NCBI GenBank assembly: GCA_039201605.1
Contig: JBCCRO010000005.1
Coordinates: 128,489-192,488 of the forward strand
Source: Actinomycetota bacterium
Lineage (GTDB): Bacteria; Actinomycetota; Acidimicrobiia; Acidimicrobiales; SZUA-35
DNA: 64,000 nucleotides
Direction: 5' to 3'
Part shown: piece after piece, positions 34,078 to 41,866 of the stretch
How positions within the stretch are numbered: the first letter of the stretch is position 1
Layout: every line of letters begins with the position of its first letter
The notes under the pieces: model-generated
Databases searched by the model: none
What the model saw: only the letters and a program-made list of their open reading frames with translations
What the model was told of the DNA's origin: nothing
Position numbers and translations under genes: made by a program

Positions 34078-34800
34078 TCACGGGCGGGGGCGCTCGAACT
34101 TGTAGCCCAGGCCCCGGATCGTCACGATCCGGGTCGGGCTCGACGGCTCCTCCTCCACCTTCGAGCGGAGCCGCTTCACGTGGACGTCGAGGGTCTTGGT
34201 GTCGCCGACGTAGTCGTGGCCCCAGATCCGATCGATCAGGGCGTCCCGGGACAGCACGAGACCGGCGTTCTCCATGAGGTAGCGCAGCAGCTCGAACTCC
34301 TTGAGCGGCAGCTGGGCCGGCTCGCCCCGGATCACCACCTCGTGGCGGGACGGGTCGATCGACACGTCGCCCACCACGATGGCTTCGCCCGGGCCTTCGC
34401 CGTCGGCCTCCTCCTCGGCCGCCGCCTCGAGCTGCTCGGAGCGGCGGAGCACGGCCCGCATCCGGGCCACCAACTCCCGCATCCGATACGGCTTGGTCAC
34501 GTAGTCGTCCGCCCCGACCTCGAGGCCGACCACGGTGTCGACCTCTGCCGACTTGGCCGTGACCATGATGATCGGCACCTGCGATCGGGTCCGGATCTCC
34601 CGGCACACGTCGACCCCCGACACCCGTGGCAGCATCAGGTCGAGGAGCACCAGGTCGGGCGACACCTCGTCGAAGCGGGCCAGGCCCTCGGCCCCGTCCC
34701 GGGCCACCTCCACCCGGAAGCCCTCCTTGGAGAGGCCCACGGTGAGGGCATCGATGAAGGCCTCCTCGTCCTCCACCACCAGAACCAATTGCTCACTCAC
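34078..34800 (-). CDS. regX3: OmpR-family response regulator (RegX3-like)
   Basis: LVLVVEDEEAF...DLVLLDLMLP...GADDYVTKPY receiver plus winged-helix (LEFELLRYL, TLDVHVKRLRSKVE, IVTIRGLGYKF). GTG at 34800 preceded by AGGAG and overlapping the kinase stop (GTGAGTGA). Confidence 0.9.
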   Translation of the reverse strand: MSEQLVLVVEDEEAFIDALTVGLSKEGFRVEVARDGAEGLARFDEVSPDLVLLDLMLPRVSGVDVCREIRTRSQVPIIMVTAKSAEVDTVVGLEVGADDYVTKPYRMRELVARMRAVLRRSEQLEAAAEEEADGEGPGEAIVVGDVSIDPSRHEVVIRGEPAQLPLKEFELLRYLMENAGLVLSRDALIDRIWGHDYVGDTKTLDVHVKRLRSKVEEEPSSPTRIVTIRGLGYKFERPRP

Positions 34801-36082
34801 TGCTCGACTCCTCATCGTTCGTTCCCGGGACGGCCCCGCCCGGAGTGCCGAGGGCGGCCCCGGCCGCGGCGGCGCTCTCGCTGGTGTGGACGGTGGACAA
34901 CGGCAGACTGAGGGTGAACGTCGACCCCACCCCCTCCTCCGAGGTCACACCGATCGATCCCTGATGGTTTATGGCCACGTGCCGCACGATCGACAGGCCG
35001 AGGCCGGTGCCGCCGGTGACCCGGCTGCGGGCGTCGTCAACCCGGTAGAACCGTTCGAAGATCCGATCGAGGTCGGCCTCGGGGATCCCGACACCGGTGT
35101 CGGTCACGCTGAGCGTGGCCTGCCGGCCGGACCGGCCGACGGTGACGATCACCTCGCTACCCACGCCGGAGTACTTGACGGCGTTATCGAGCAGGTTGGC
35201 CACGGCCGACACCATCTGCCCCTGGTCGCCGTCGACGAAGGTCGGACCCGCTCCGCCCTCACCGGCCACCCGGGTGATGGTCACCTCGCGCTGCTCGGCG
35301 GCGCCGGCCTCCCGTTCGGCCGCCAGCTGGACCACCTGGTGCAGATCCATCAGGTCGGGCTCGCTGATCTCGCCCGCCTCCAGGGTGGAGAGGGCCAGCA
35401 GGTCTTCGATCATGTCGCCAAGCCGGAGGGCCTCGTTCTGGAGGCGGCCGGCGAGGCGGTCGATCACCTCCGGATCGTCGGCGTCGCGCAGCGTTTCGGC
35501 CAACACGCCGATGGCCCCGATCGGGGTTCGCAACTCGTGGCTGACGTTGGCCACGAAATCCTTGCGCACCCGATCGACGTGCTGGGCCAGGGTGACATCC
35601 TCGATGAGCACCACCGAGCCGGTCTGCTCGTCCTGCTCGTACGTGGGGGTGCCCCGCAGCTGGAGGCTGCGGGCCGGCGGGCCGTAGATCTCGATCGACC
35701 GCTCCAGGGCCCGACCGGCGTCGGTGGCGGCGATCACGGTCCGCAGCTCGGCCTCGACCAGGGCGTTGCCGTGGCGGGCGCCCTCGAACTGCTCGGCATA
35801 CCGGTTGCGGTAGATGACGTCGCCCCCGGGGCCGGCCACCACCACCCCGAGCGGGAGCGCACCGAGGGCACGATCGATACGGGGGTCACCGGCCCAGTTC
35901 TGCGGGTCGGTCTGCTGCACTGCGTCCTCCAGAGGTTCGGGGACGACGTCGGCCGCCGCCGACGGTCGCTGGGCTGTGGCCCGCCAGACCTGTACCGCCA
36001 GCACGCCGAGCCCGAATCCGCCCAGCGCGACCAGGATGGCGACGGGGGTGGAAACGAGAAGCGGCACGCCGCCGGGAAACAT
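34793..36082 (-). CDS. senX3: sensor histidine kinase (SenX3-like, PAS + HisKA + HATPase)
   Basis: One N-terminal TM, PAS-like LPLGVVVAGPGGDVIYRNRYAEQF, H-box FVANVSHELRTPI, N/G boxes (NLLDNAVKYS, DTGVGIPE, GGTGLGLSIV). ATG at 36082 overlaps the PhoU stop as TGATG. Confidence 0.9.
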   Translation of the reverse strand: MFPGGVPLLVSTPVAILVALGGFGLGVLAVQVWRATAQRPSAAADVVPEPLEDAVQQTDPQNWAGDPRIDRALGALPLGVVVAGPGGDVIYRNRYAEQFEGARHGNALVEAELRTVIAATDAGRALERSIEIYGPPARSLQLRGTPTYEQDEQTGSVVLIEDVTLAQHVDRVRKDFVANVSHELRTPIGAIGVLAETLRDADDPEVIDRLAGRLQNEALRLGDMIEDLLALSTLEAGEISEPDLMDLHQVVQLAAEREAGAAEQREVTITRVAGEGGAGPTFVDGDQGQMVSAVANLLDNAVKYSGVGSEVIVTVGRSGRQATLSVTDTGVGIPEADLDRIFERFYRVDDARSRVTGGTGLGLSIVRHVAINHQGSIGVTSEEGVGSTFTLSLPLSTVHTSESAAAAGAALGTPGGAVPGTNDEESSSE

Positions 36083-36864
36083 CAATCGTCGCCGTCCGGG
36101 GGCGGTGTGACCACGTCGCCCGACTCGATGATGGCCTCCGCCCGGTTCTGGGCCCGGAGCGCCCCGGTGTTCTCCGGGAGCCAGCCGGTCACCATGTAGG
36201 TCACCCGCTCGCCGATGTTCACCGCATGGTCGCCGATCCGCTCGTAGTAGCGGGCCACCAAGGCCAGCTGCACGGCGGCGGCGAGATCGATCTCCTCCTC
36301 GGCGTGGGCCTCGAAGATGGCGGCCACCATGTCCCGGTTGAGCTGGTCCAGGGTGTCGTCGACGTCGTCCAGGGCGGTGGCCAGGGCCACGTCGGCGTCG
36401 GCGAAGGCGTCGAGCGACAGGCGCAGCAGCTTGTTGGCCTGGTTGCTCATGTTGGTGATCACGCCCCGGATGCGGGGGCTCATCGGCGAGCCGTACATGC
36501 GGCGGGCCGCCTTGCACACGTTGATCATCAGGTCGGCCGAGCGCTCCAGCTCGGCCACCAGCTTGGTGACGGTCACGACCTGCCGCAGATCCGAGGCCAT
36601 GGGCGACTGGCGGGCCAGGATCGAGAAGCTGTCCTCCTCGATCTGGAGGGCGAGCTGATCGATCTCGTCGTCGGACTCGATCAGCTCCCGAGCCCGCTGG
36701 AGATCGCCGCCGAGGAGCACCTCGGTACCCCGGGGGATCGTCTCACACACCATGGCGCCCAGCTGGAGGATGCGGGTGTTGAGATCCTCCAGCTCGCGGT
36801 GGTAGGCCACCCGCACCTCGGCGGGCGGGGCGGGATCGGGGACGGGGACGTTTGGATCAGTCAT
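36082..36864 (-). CDS. phoU: phosphate signalling complex protein PhoU
   Basis: Two PhoU repeats (DDEIDQLALQIEEDSFSILARQSPMASDLR..., LERSADLMINV / YERIGDHAVNIGERV). Confidence 0.9.
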   Translation of the reverse strand: MTDPNVPVPDPAPPAEVRVAYHRELEDLNTRILQLGAMVCETIPRGTEVLLGGDLQRARELIESDDEIDQLALQIEEDSFSILARQSPMASDLRQVVTVTKLVAELERSADLMINVCKAARRMYGSPMSPRIRGVITNMSNQANKLLRLSLDAFADADVALATALDDVDDTLDQLNRDMVAAIFEAHAEEEIDLAAAVQLALVARYYERIGDHAVNIGERVTYMVTGWLPENTGALRAQNRAEAIIESGDVVTPPPDGDD

Positions 36865-36870
36865 GACGGG

Positions 36871-37533
36871 TCACCAGGAAACTTCATCGGCTAGGTGGGC
36901 GGGGTCGCCGGTGACCAGGTAGCGCAGGCGGAAGGCCATGATCTGGGTGTGGTCACCGATGCGATCGAAGGAGCGGCCGATCGCCATGGCGGCGATGGCG
37001 ACCCGGGCGGCGTCGGGGCCGCGCAGCTCCAGGAGATGGTTGACGAGGGGCCCGGCGAACTGGGCCAGGGGGTCGGTCTCGGCCAGCTGGTCGAGCGGCT
37101 CGATCGAGAACGTCGACCAGCCCTGCTCGACCGCCTCGAACCGCTCGACGACGTTGTCGGCCAACTGGATCAGCACCTCGAACGGCGCCGGGTGGGCGGC
37201 CACCAGCGGCTGGTCGTCAACGGCCTTGGCCACCCGGATGGCCAGGTCGCCGATCCGCTCGAGCTCGTGAAGGACGCGGATGACCGAGACGACGAGGCGC
37301 AGGTCGGCGGCCACCGGGGCTTCCCGGGCCAGCATTTGATAGCAGAGCTCGGTCAGCGAGATCTGCATCTCGTCGATGGCGTTGTCGGCCTCGATGAGCT
37401 GCCGGGCCACCTCGGGGTCACCGGTGGCGAGCACCGCCCGGGCGCGGTGAACCGCCTCCTTGACCATGATGGTCATAACCTCGACTTGGAGGCGGAGGCT
37501 GTCCAGCTCATCGGCGAAGGACTCCCTCGGCAT
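36871..37533 (-). CDS. second PhoU-family protein
   Basis: DNAIDEMQISLTELCYQMLAREAPVAADLRLVVSVIRVLHELERIGDLAIRVAK and FDRIGDHTQIMAFRLRYLVTG. Start trimmed to the ATG at 37533, 11 nt after the pstB stop. Confidence 0.8.
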   Translation of the reverse strand: MPRESFADELDSLRLQVEVMTIMVKEAVHRARAVLATGDPEVARQLIEADNAIDEMQISLTELCYQMLAREAPVAADLRLVVSVIRVLHELERIGDLAIRVAKAVDDQPLVAAHPAPFEVLIQLADNVVERFEAVEQGWSTFSIEPLDQLAETDPLAQFAGPLVNHLLELRGPDAARVAIAAMAIGRSFDRIGDHTQIMAFRLRYLVTGDPAHLADEVSW

Positions 37534-37544
37534 CGCTCCCCGGG

Positions 37545-38411
37545 TCAGCCGAAACGGCCGGTGACGTAGTTCTCGGTGCGTTCGTCGGCCGGGTTGGAGA
37601 AGATCTTGTCGGTGGCGTCGAACTCGACGAGGAGGCCGGTGCGACGATCGTTCTCGCTGTCGAGCTCGGCGGTGAAGAAGGCGGTGCGGTCGCTGACCCG
37701 GGCCGCCTGCTGCATATTGTGGGTGACGATCACGATCGTGTACTCGGTCTTGATCTCGTTCATGAGATCTTCGATGTAACCGGTGGCGATCGGGTCGAGG
37801 GCCGAACACGGCTCGTCCATCAGCAGCAGGTCCGGGTTGGTGGCGATGGCCCGGGCGATGCACAGCCGCTGCTGCTGCCCGCCGGACAGGCCGAGGGCCG
37901 AGTCCTTCAGCCGGTCCTTCACCTCGTCCCACAGCGCAGCCTTGGTCAGCGACGTCTCGACGATCTCGTCGAATTCGCTCTTCGACACCCCGGCGATCCG
38001 AGGGCCGTAGGTGATGTTGTCGTAGATCGACTTGGGGAACGGGTTCGGCTTCTGGAACACCATGCCGATACGGCGGCGGACCTCGACCGGATCGACCCGG
38101 GGGTCGTAGAGGTTGACCCCGTGGAAGACGACCTCGCCGTTCACCCGGGCCGTGGGGATCAGGTCGTTCATGCGGTTCAGGGAGCGGAGCACGGTGGACT
38201 TGCCACAGCCGGAGGGGCCGATCATGGCCGTAATCTCGTTCTCGCGGACCGCCATGTTGACGTCGCGCACCGCCCGGAAGTCGCCGTAGTAGACCTCCAG
38301 GTCCCGGATCTCGAGCGCCACCCGCTCGTCGACGACGATGTCATCCATGACGGTGTCGCTTTCGGTGTCGGGCTCCGTGTCGGGCTGGGAGGTGGTGGAG
38401 ACGTTGTTCAT
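37545..38411 (-). CDS. pstB: phosphate ABC transporter ATP-binding protein
   Basis: [67 protein letters not shown]. Start trimmed to the ATG at 38411. Confidence 0.95.
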   Translation of the reverse strand: MNNVSTTSQPDTEPDTESDTVMDDIVVDERVALEIRDLEVYYGDFRAVRDVNMAVRENEITAMIGPSGCGKSTVLRSLNRMNDLIPTARVNGEVVFHGVNLYDPRVDPVEVRRRIGMVFQKPNPFPKSIYDNITYGPRIAGVSKSEFDEIVETSLTKAALWDEVKDRLKDSALGLSGGQQQRLCIARAIATNPDLLLMDEPCSALDPIATGYIEDLMNEIKTEYTIVIVTHNMQQAARVSDRTAFFTAELDSENDRRTGLLVEFDATDKIFSNPADERTENYVTGRFG

Positions 38412-38508
38412 CGGTTCCCGCAATCTGTGAACGGCAGGGGCCGGGCGGCCCGGAGGTGTGTGGAGGGGTAGGACTTCTCGAGAACGGTGGGTGGGGAGGT
38501 GACGGGCA

Positions 38509-39492
38509 TCAACCCTCCCGACGCTTTTCGAAGCGGTTCCGCAAGAGTATGGCAACGCTGTTCAGCAGGACCACGAAGACGATGAGGATCACGATGGCGG
38601 CGGCTGCGCCGTCAACCTTGAAACCCTCTTCGGGGCGGCCCGCCCAGCGGGTGATGATGATCGGCATAGCGGTGTAGGTCTCGCGCACCTGGGTGCCGTC
38701 CCACCACGCCGGCACCTGGGTGATGAAACCGGTGACGGTGCCCACCAGGATCAGGGGGGCGGCCTCGCCGGCGGCCCGGGCGATCGACAGCAGGGTGCCG
38801 GTGAGGATGCCGGGGGCGGCGTAGGGCAGCATGTGGTCCTTGATGACCTCCCACTTGGTGGCACCGACGCCGTAGCCGCCCTCCTTGAGGGCCTGGGGCA
38901 CCGACCGAAGGGCCTCGGCGGTGGTGATGATCACCACCGGCAGGACCAGGGCCGACAGGGTGAGGCCGGCGGCCAAGGGGGTGCTGCCCCCGGTGATCGA
39001 CCGGATGCCGACCGTCACCGGCCCGATCTCGATCCCCCGGACGAAGATCACCAGGCCGAGGATGCCGTAGACAACCGACGGTACGCCGGCCAGGTTCCGG
39101 ATGTTGACGTCGATGAAGTTGGTCAGGTGGTTCTTGGGGGCGTACTCCTCGAGGTAGATCGCCGCGGCGATCCCCAGGGGGAAGGCGACCAGGGCCACGA
39201 TCAGGCACAGGTAGAAGGTGCCTCGCAGGCCCTGGGCGATACCGGAGATCTCCGGCTGGGAGCCCAGGCCGGTGGTGAGGAAGTCGCCGAGCCGGGTCGA
39301 CAGGACGGGCCAGCCGTCGATGACGACCTGGCTGATCAGAATGACCAGGACGAGCAGGGACACCAGCAGAGACCCGAGCAGGGAGTACTGGAAGAGCCGA
39401 CCCTTCACGTCGGCCCGTCGGCGCAGGCCCTGCAGGGTCTGCTCGGCCGTGGTCGACGCCGTGCCGCCGGTGGAGATGCTTGGTGCGGCCAT
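38509..39492 (-). CDS. pstA: phosphate ABC transporter permease PstA
   Basis: Six TM segments and EAA-like loop ([17 protein letters not shown]). Lies directly after pstC (1-nt gap). Confidence 0.9.
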   Translation of the reverse strand: MAAPSISTGGTASTTAEQTLQGLRRRADVKGRLFQYSLLGSLLVSLLVLVILISQVVIDGWPVLSTRLGDFLTTGLGSQPEISGIAQGLRGTFYLCLIVALVAFPLGIAAAIYLEEYAPKNHLTNFIDVNIRNLAGVPSVVYGILGLVIFVRGIEIGPVTVGIRSITGGSTPLAAGLTLSALVLPVVIITTAEALRSVPQALKEGGYGVGATKWEVIKDHMLPYAAPGILTGTLLSIARAAGEAAPLILVGTVTGFITQVPAWWDGTQVRETYTAMPIIITRWAGRPEEGFKVDGAAAAIVILIVFVVLLNSVAILLRNRFEKRREG

Positions 39493-39493
39493 C

Positions 39494-40426
39494 TCAGTAC
39501 TCCTGACGGAAGCGGCGGACGAAACGGTCGGCCACCAGGTTGAGGAAGAGGGTGATTACAAAGAGGAGGAGCCCGACGAAGAACAGGCTCTGGAAGGTCG
39601 GACCCTGGCCGGCGACGTTGTCGGTGCCCGAGGCGACCGAGGCCATGGCCGCCGTCATCGTCATGCCCGGGTCGAGGGGGTTGAAGCTGCGGAGGGCGCT
39701 GTCGGCGGCGCCGCCGGCGATGAACACCACCATCGTCTCGCCGATGGCCCGGGAGACGGCCACGATGAAGGCGGCGGTGAGCCCGGACAGGGCGGCGGGC
39801 AGCACCACCCGGATCGTGGTGGCCATCTTGCGGGCCCCGAGACCGGCCGAGGCCTCACGCAGGGCCCGGGGGACGGCGTTGAGGGCGTCCTCGGAGATGG
39901 AGGCCACGAGGGGGATCGTCAGCAGGCCGACGCCGATGCCGGCGGCCAGAATGTTGGCAGGGGCCGCGCCGTCGAACAGGTTGCCCACGATGTTGGGGGC
40001 GATGAAGCGGAGGGCGAAGTAGCCGAGCACGACCGAGGGGATGCCGGCCAGCACCTCGAGGATCGGCTTCAGGATCCGCCGCACCCGGGGGTTGGCGTAC
40101 TCCGAGAGATACACGGCGGCGGCCAGCCCGAGCGGCCCGGCCACCGCCATGGCAATCACGGTGACCCACAGGGTGGCCACGATGATGGTGGGGAGGTCGA
40201 AGAGGTCCCGCCGGGGGAACCAGCCGAGCTGGCCCCAGGTATTGCCCCAGTCGACGTCGATCATGAAGACGACAGCCTCGAACACCAGCGACAGCACGAT
40301 CAACACGCTGACCAGAATCGAGACCAGGGCGGCGCCGAAGGCGATCCTGCCGATCAGCCGCTCCCGGGCTCGCCGTCGGGGGTTCCCCGCCAGTTCGGAG
40401 ATGTCCCACTCGTTGACCATGGTCAC
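39494..40426 (-). CDS. pstC: phosphate ABC transporter permease PstC
   Basis: ISEDALNAVPRALREASAGLGARKMATTIRVVLPAA is the PstC signature. Likely GTG at 40426, 6 nt after GGGAGGG; the track start at 40441 is a TTG inside the RBS. Confidence 0.9.
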   Translation of the reverse strand: MTMVNEWDISELAGNPRRRARERLIGRIAFGAALVSILVSVLIVLSLVFEAVVFMIDVDWGNTWGQLGWFPRRDLFDLPTIIVATLWVTVIAMAVAGPLGLAAAVYLSEYANPRVRRILKPILEVLAGIPSVVLGYFALRFIAPNIVGNLFDGAAPANILAAGIGVGLLTIPLVASISEDALNAVPRALREASAGLGARKMATTIRVVLPAALSGLTAAFIVAVSRAIGETMVVFIAGGAADSALRSFNPLDPGMTMTAAMASVASGTDNVAGQGPTFQSLFFVGLLLFVITLFLNLVADRFVRRFRQEY

Positions 40427-40491
40427 GGTGTGCCCTCCCAACGTTTCGAAGTCATGTGTCGTGGTTCCTCTGTGTGTTCCGGACGGTTTGG

Positions 40492-40531
40492 TCCGGCTGG
40501 TGTCGTCCGGCTGAACGACGTTTTCCGGCTG
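40492..40531. repeat. three copies of TCCGGCTG (two extended to CCGGCTGAACG) in the pstS-pstC spacer
   Basis: TCCGGCTG at 40492, 40506 and 40524. CCGGCTGAACG at 40507 and 40525. Confidence 0.5.
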
Positions 40532-40539
40532 AACGGCCG

Positions 40540-40577
40540 AACGGGGCCTGCGATCGTTCTCGATCGCAGGCCCCGTT
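40540..40577 (-). terminator. 17-bp-stem hairpin between pstS and pstC (attenuator / mRNA-stabilising element)
   Basis: AACGGGGCCTGCGATCG-ttct-CGATCGCAGGCCCCGTT, a perfect stem 47 nt downstream of the pstS stop. Confidence 0.65.
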
Positions 40578-40623
40578 GCCTGGCTACATGTTGCTGGCTT
40601 GCCGGCTCAGACGCCAGTGGCGA

Positions 40624-41622
40624 TCAGCGATCGCTCCAGGCCGAGCGGGTGGACTCCTTGGCCTCGTCGGTGAGGGTGACGTAGCCGACGTTGGAGGCGG
40701 CCTCGTCGAGCCCGAACTCCATGTAGTAGTCGGTGAACGCCACCAGGGCCTCGCTCTCCGCCGCCCGGTCGGCGTTGACGTAGATGAAGAGGTCACGGGC
40801 GATCGGGTACTCGTTGGAGGCGATCGTCTCGGGGGTGGGGGTGACGCACTCGCCGCCCTCCTCCTCGGACACGGCCACCAGCTTCACGCCCTGGGCCTCG
40901 ACGGCGAAGGCGAAGCCGACCCAGCCGAAGCTGGTGTCGTTGGAGCTGATGGTCTCGATGATGACATTGTCGTCGGCGGCCGACGAGTAGTCGGGACGGG
41001 TGTCGGCGTCGACGCCCTGGGCCTCGGCCAGGTCCTCGAGAACGATCTCGACGAAGCTGTCGTAGGTGCCGGACTCGGTACCGGGGGCGCTGATGGTGAG
41101 CGGGGCGTCGGGTAGATCGGTGGCCCCGCCTACGGTGCCGCTGAGTTCGTTGGCGTCGGCCCAGCTCTGGAAGCCGGCCGACTCGGGGCCGACGAGCGAG
41201 TACAGGGTGGGGAACGACAGGCATTCGATGGCGCTGTTGGCCTCGCTGGTCATGACGGCGATGCCGTCGACGGCGACCTTCAGCTCGACGTAGTTGATGC
41301 CGTTCTCGGCGCAGATTTCGGCTTCCTCGTCCTTGATGGTGCGGGAGGCGTCGGAGATGTCGGTCTCCCCCTCGCAGAAGAGGGCGAAGCCGTCACCGGT
41401 GCCCGGGCCGGACACCGACACGTTCACGTCGGGGTCGACGTTGCGGAAACCCTCCGCCACGGCGACCGAGATGGGCTCCACCGTGGATGAGCCGGAGATG
41501 ACGATGCTGTCGCCGTCAGCGCCGCCGGAACCGGCGTCACCGTCGTCGCTGCCGCAGGCGGCGGCGACCAGGCTGAAAGTAAAGAGCAGTGCCAGAACTC
41601 TCAGCAGGGATGTCTTGCTCAA
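40624..41622 (-). CDS. pstS: phosphate ABC transporter substrate-binding lipoprotein
   Basis: Signal plus lipobox (LALLFTFSLVAAACGSD), GSSTVEPI, SGPGTGDG, SDASR motifs of PstS. TTG start 6 nt after GAGGAG. Confidence 0.9.
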   Translation of the reverse strand: MSKTSLLRVLALLFTFSLVAAACGSDDGDAGSGGADGDSIVISGSSTVEPISVAVAEGFRNVDPDVNVSVSGPGTGDGFALFCEGETDISDASRTIKDEEAEICAENGINYVELKVAVDGIAVMTSEANSAIECLSFPTLYSLVGPESAGFQSWADANELSGTVGGATDLPDAPLTISAPGTESGTYDSFVEIVLEDLAEAQGVDADTRPDYSSAADDNVIIETISSNDTSFGWVGFAFAVEAQGVKLVAVSEEEGGECVTPTPETIASNEYPIARDLFIYVNADRAAESEALVAFTDYYMEFGLDEAASNVGYVTLTDEAKESTRSAWSDR

Positions 41623-41706
41623 GGGACTCTCCTCGTTCGGCCGACCTCGCGCCGGCGTCGGTGTTCATGGCGAACCGTAGGAATGGCGAGTTACACCGCA
41701 CCCCTC

Positions 41707-41728
41707 GCGACATGAACGCTCTCTGAAC
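41707..41728 (-). promoter_or_regulatory. PHO-box-like direct repeats upstream of pstS
   Basis: The minus strand reads GTTCAGAGAGC-GTTCATGTCGC, two 11-nt units both starting with GTTCA. A third GTTC-N5-GAAC element lies at 41663-41675. They sit 40-105 nt upstream of the pstS start. Confidence 0.5.
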
Positions 41729-41866
41729 GAGGTCCCAACAGTCGGTGTCCCCGGCGTCGGGTGTTACCGATCGGTTTCGGTTGCGCGCCGAGCAGCGACA
41801 CGCTGTGGCGGACGGCACAGGCCGGGGACGCCGACCCAACGTCGCCGAGGGTGTCCCGCCGGTCGG

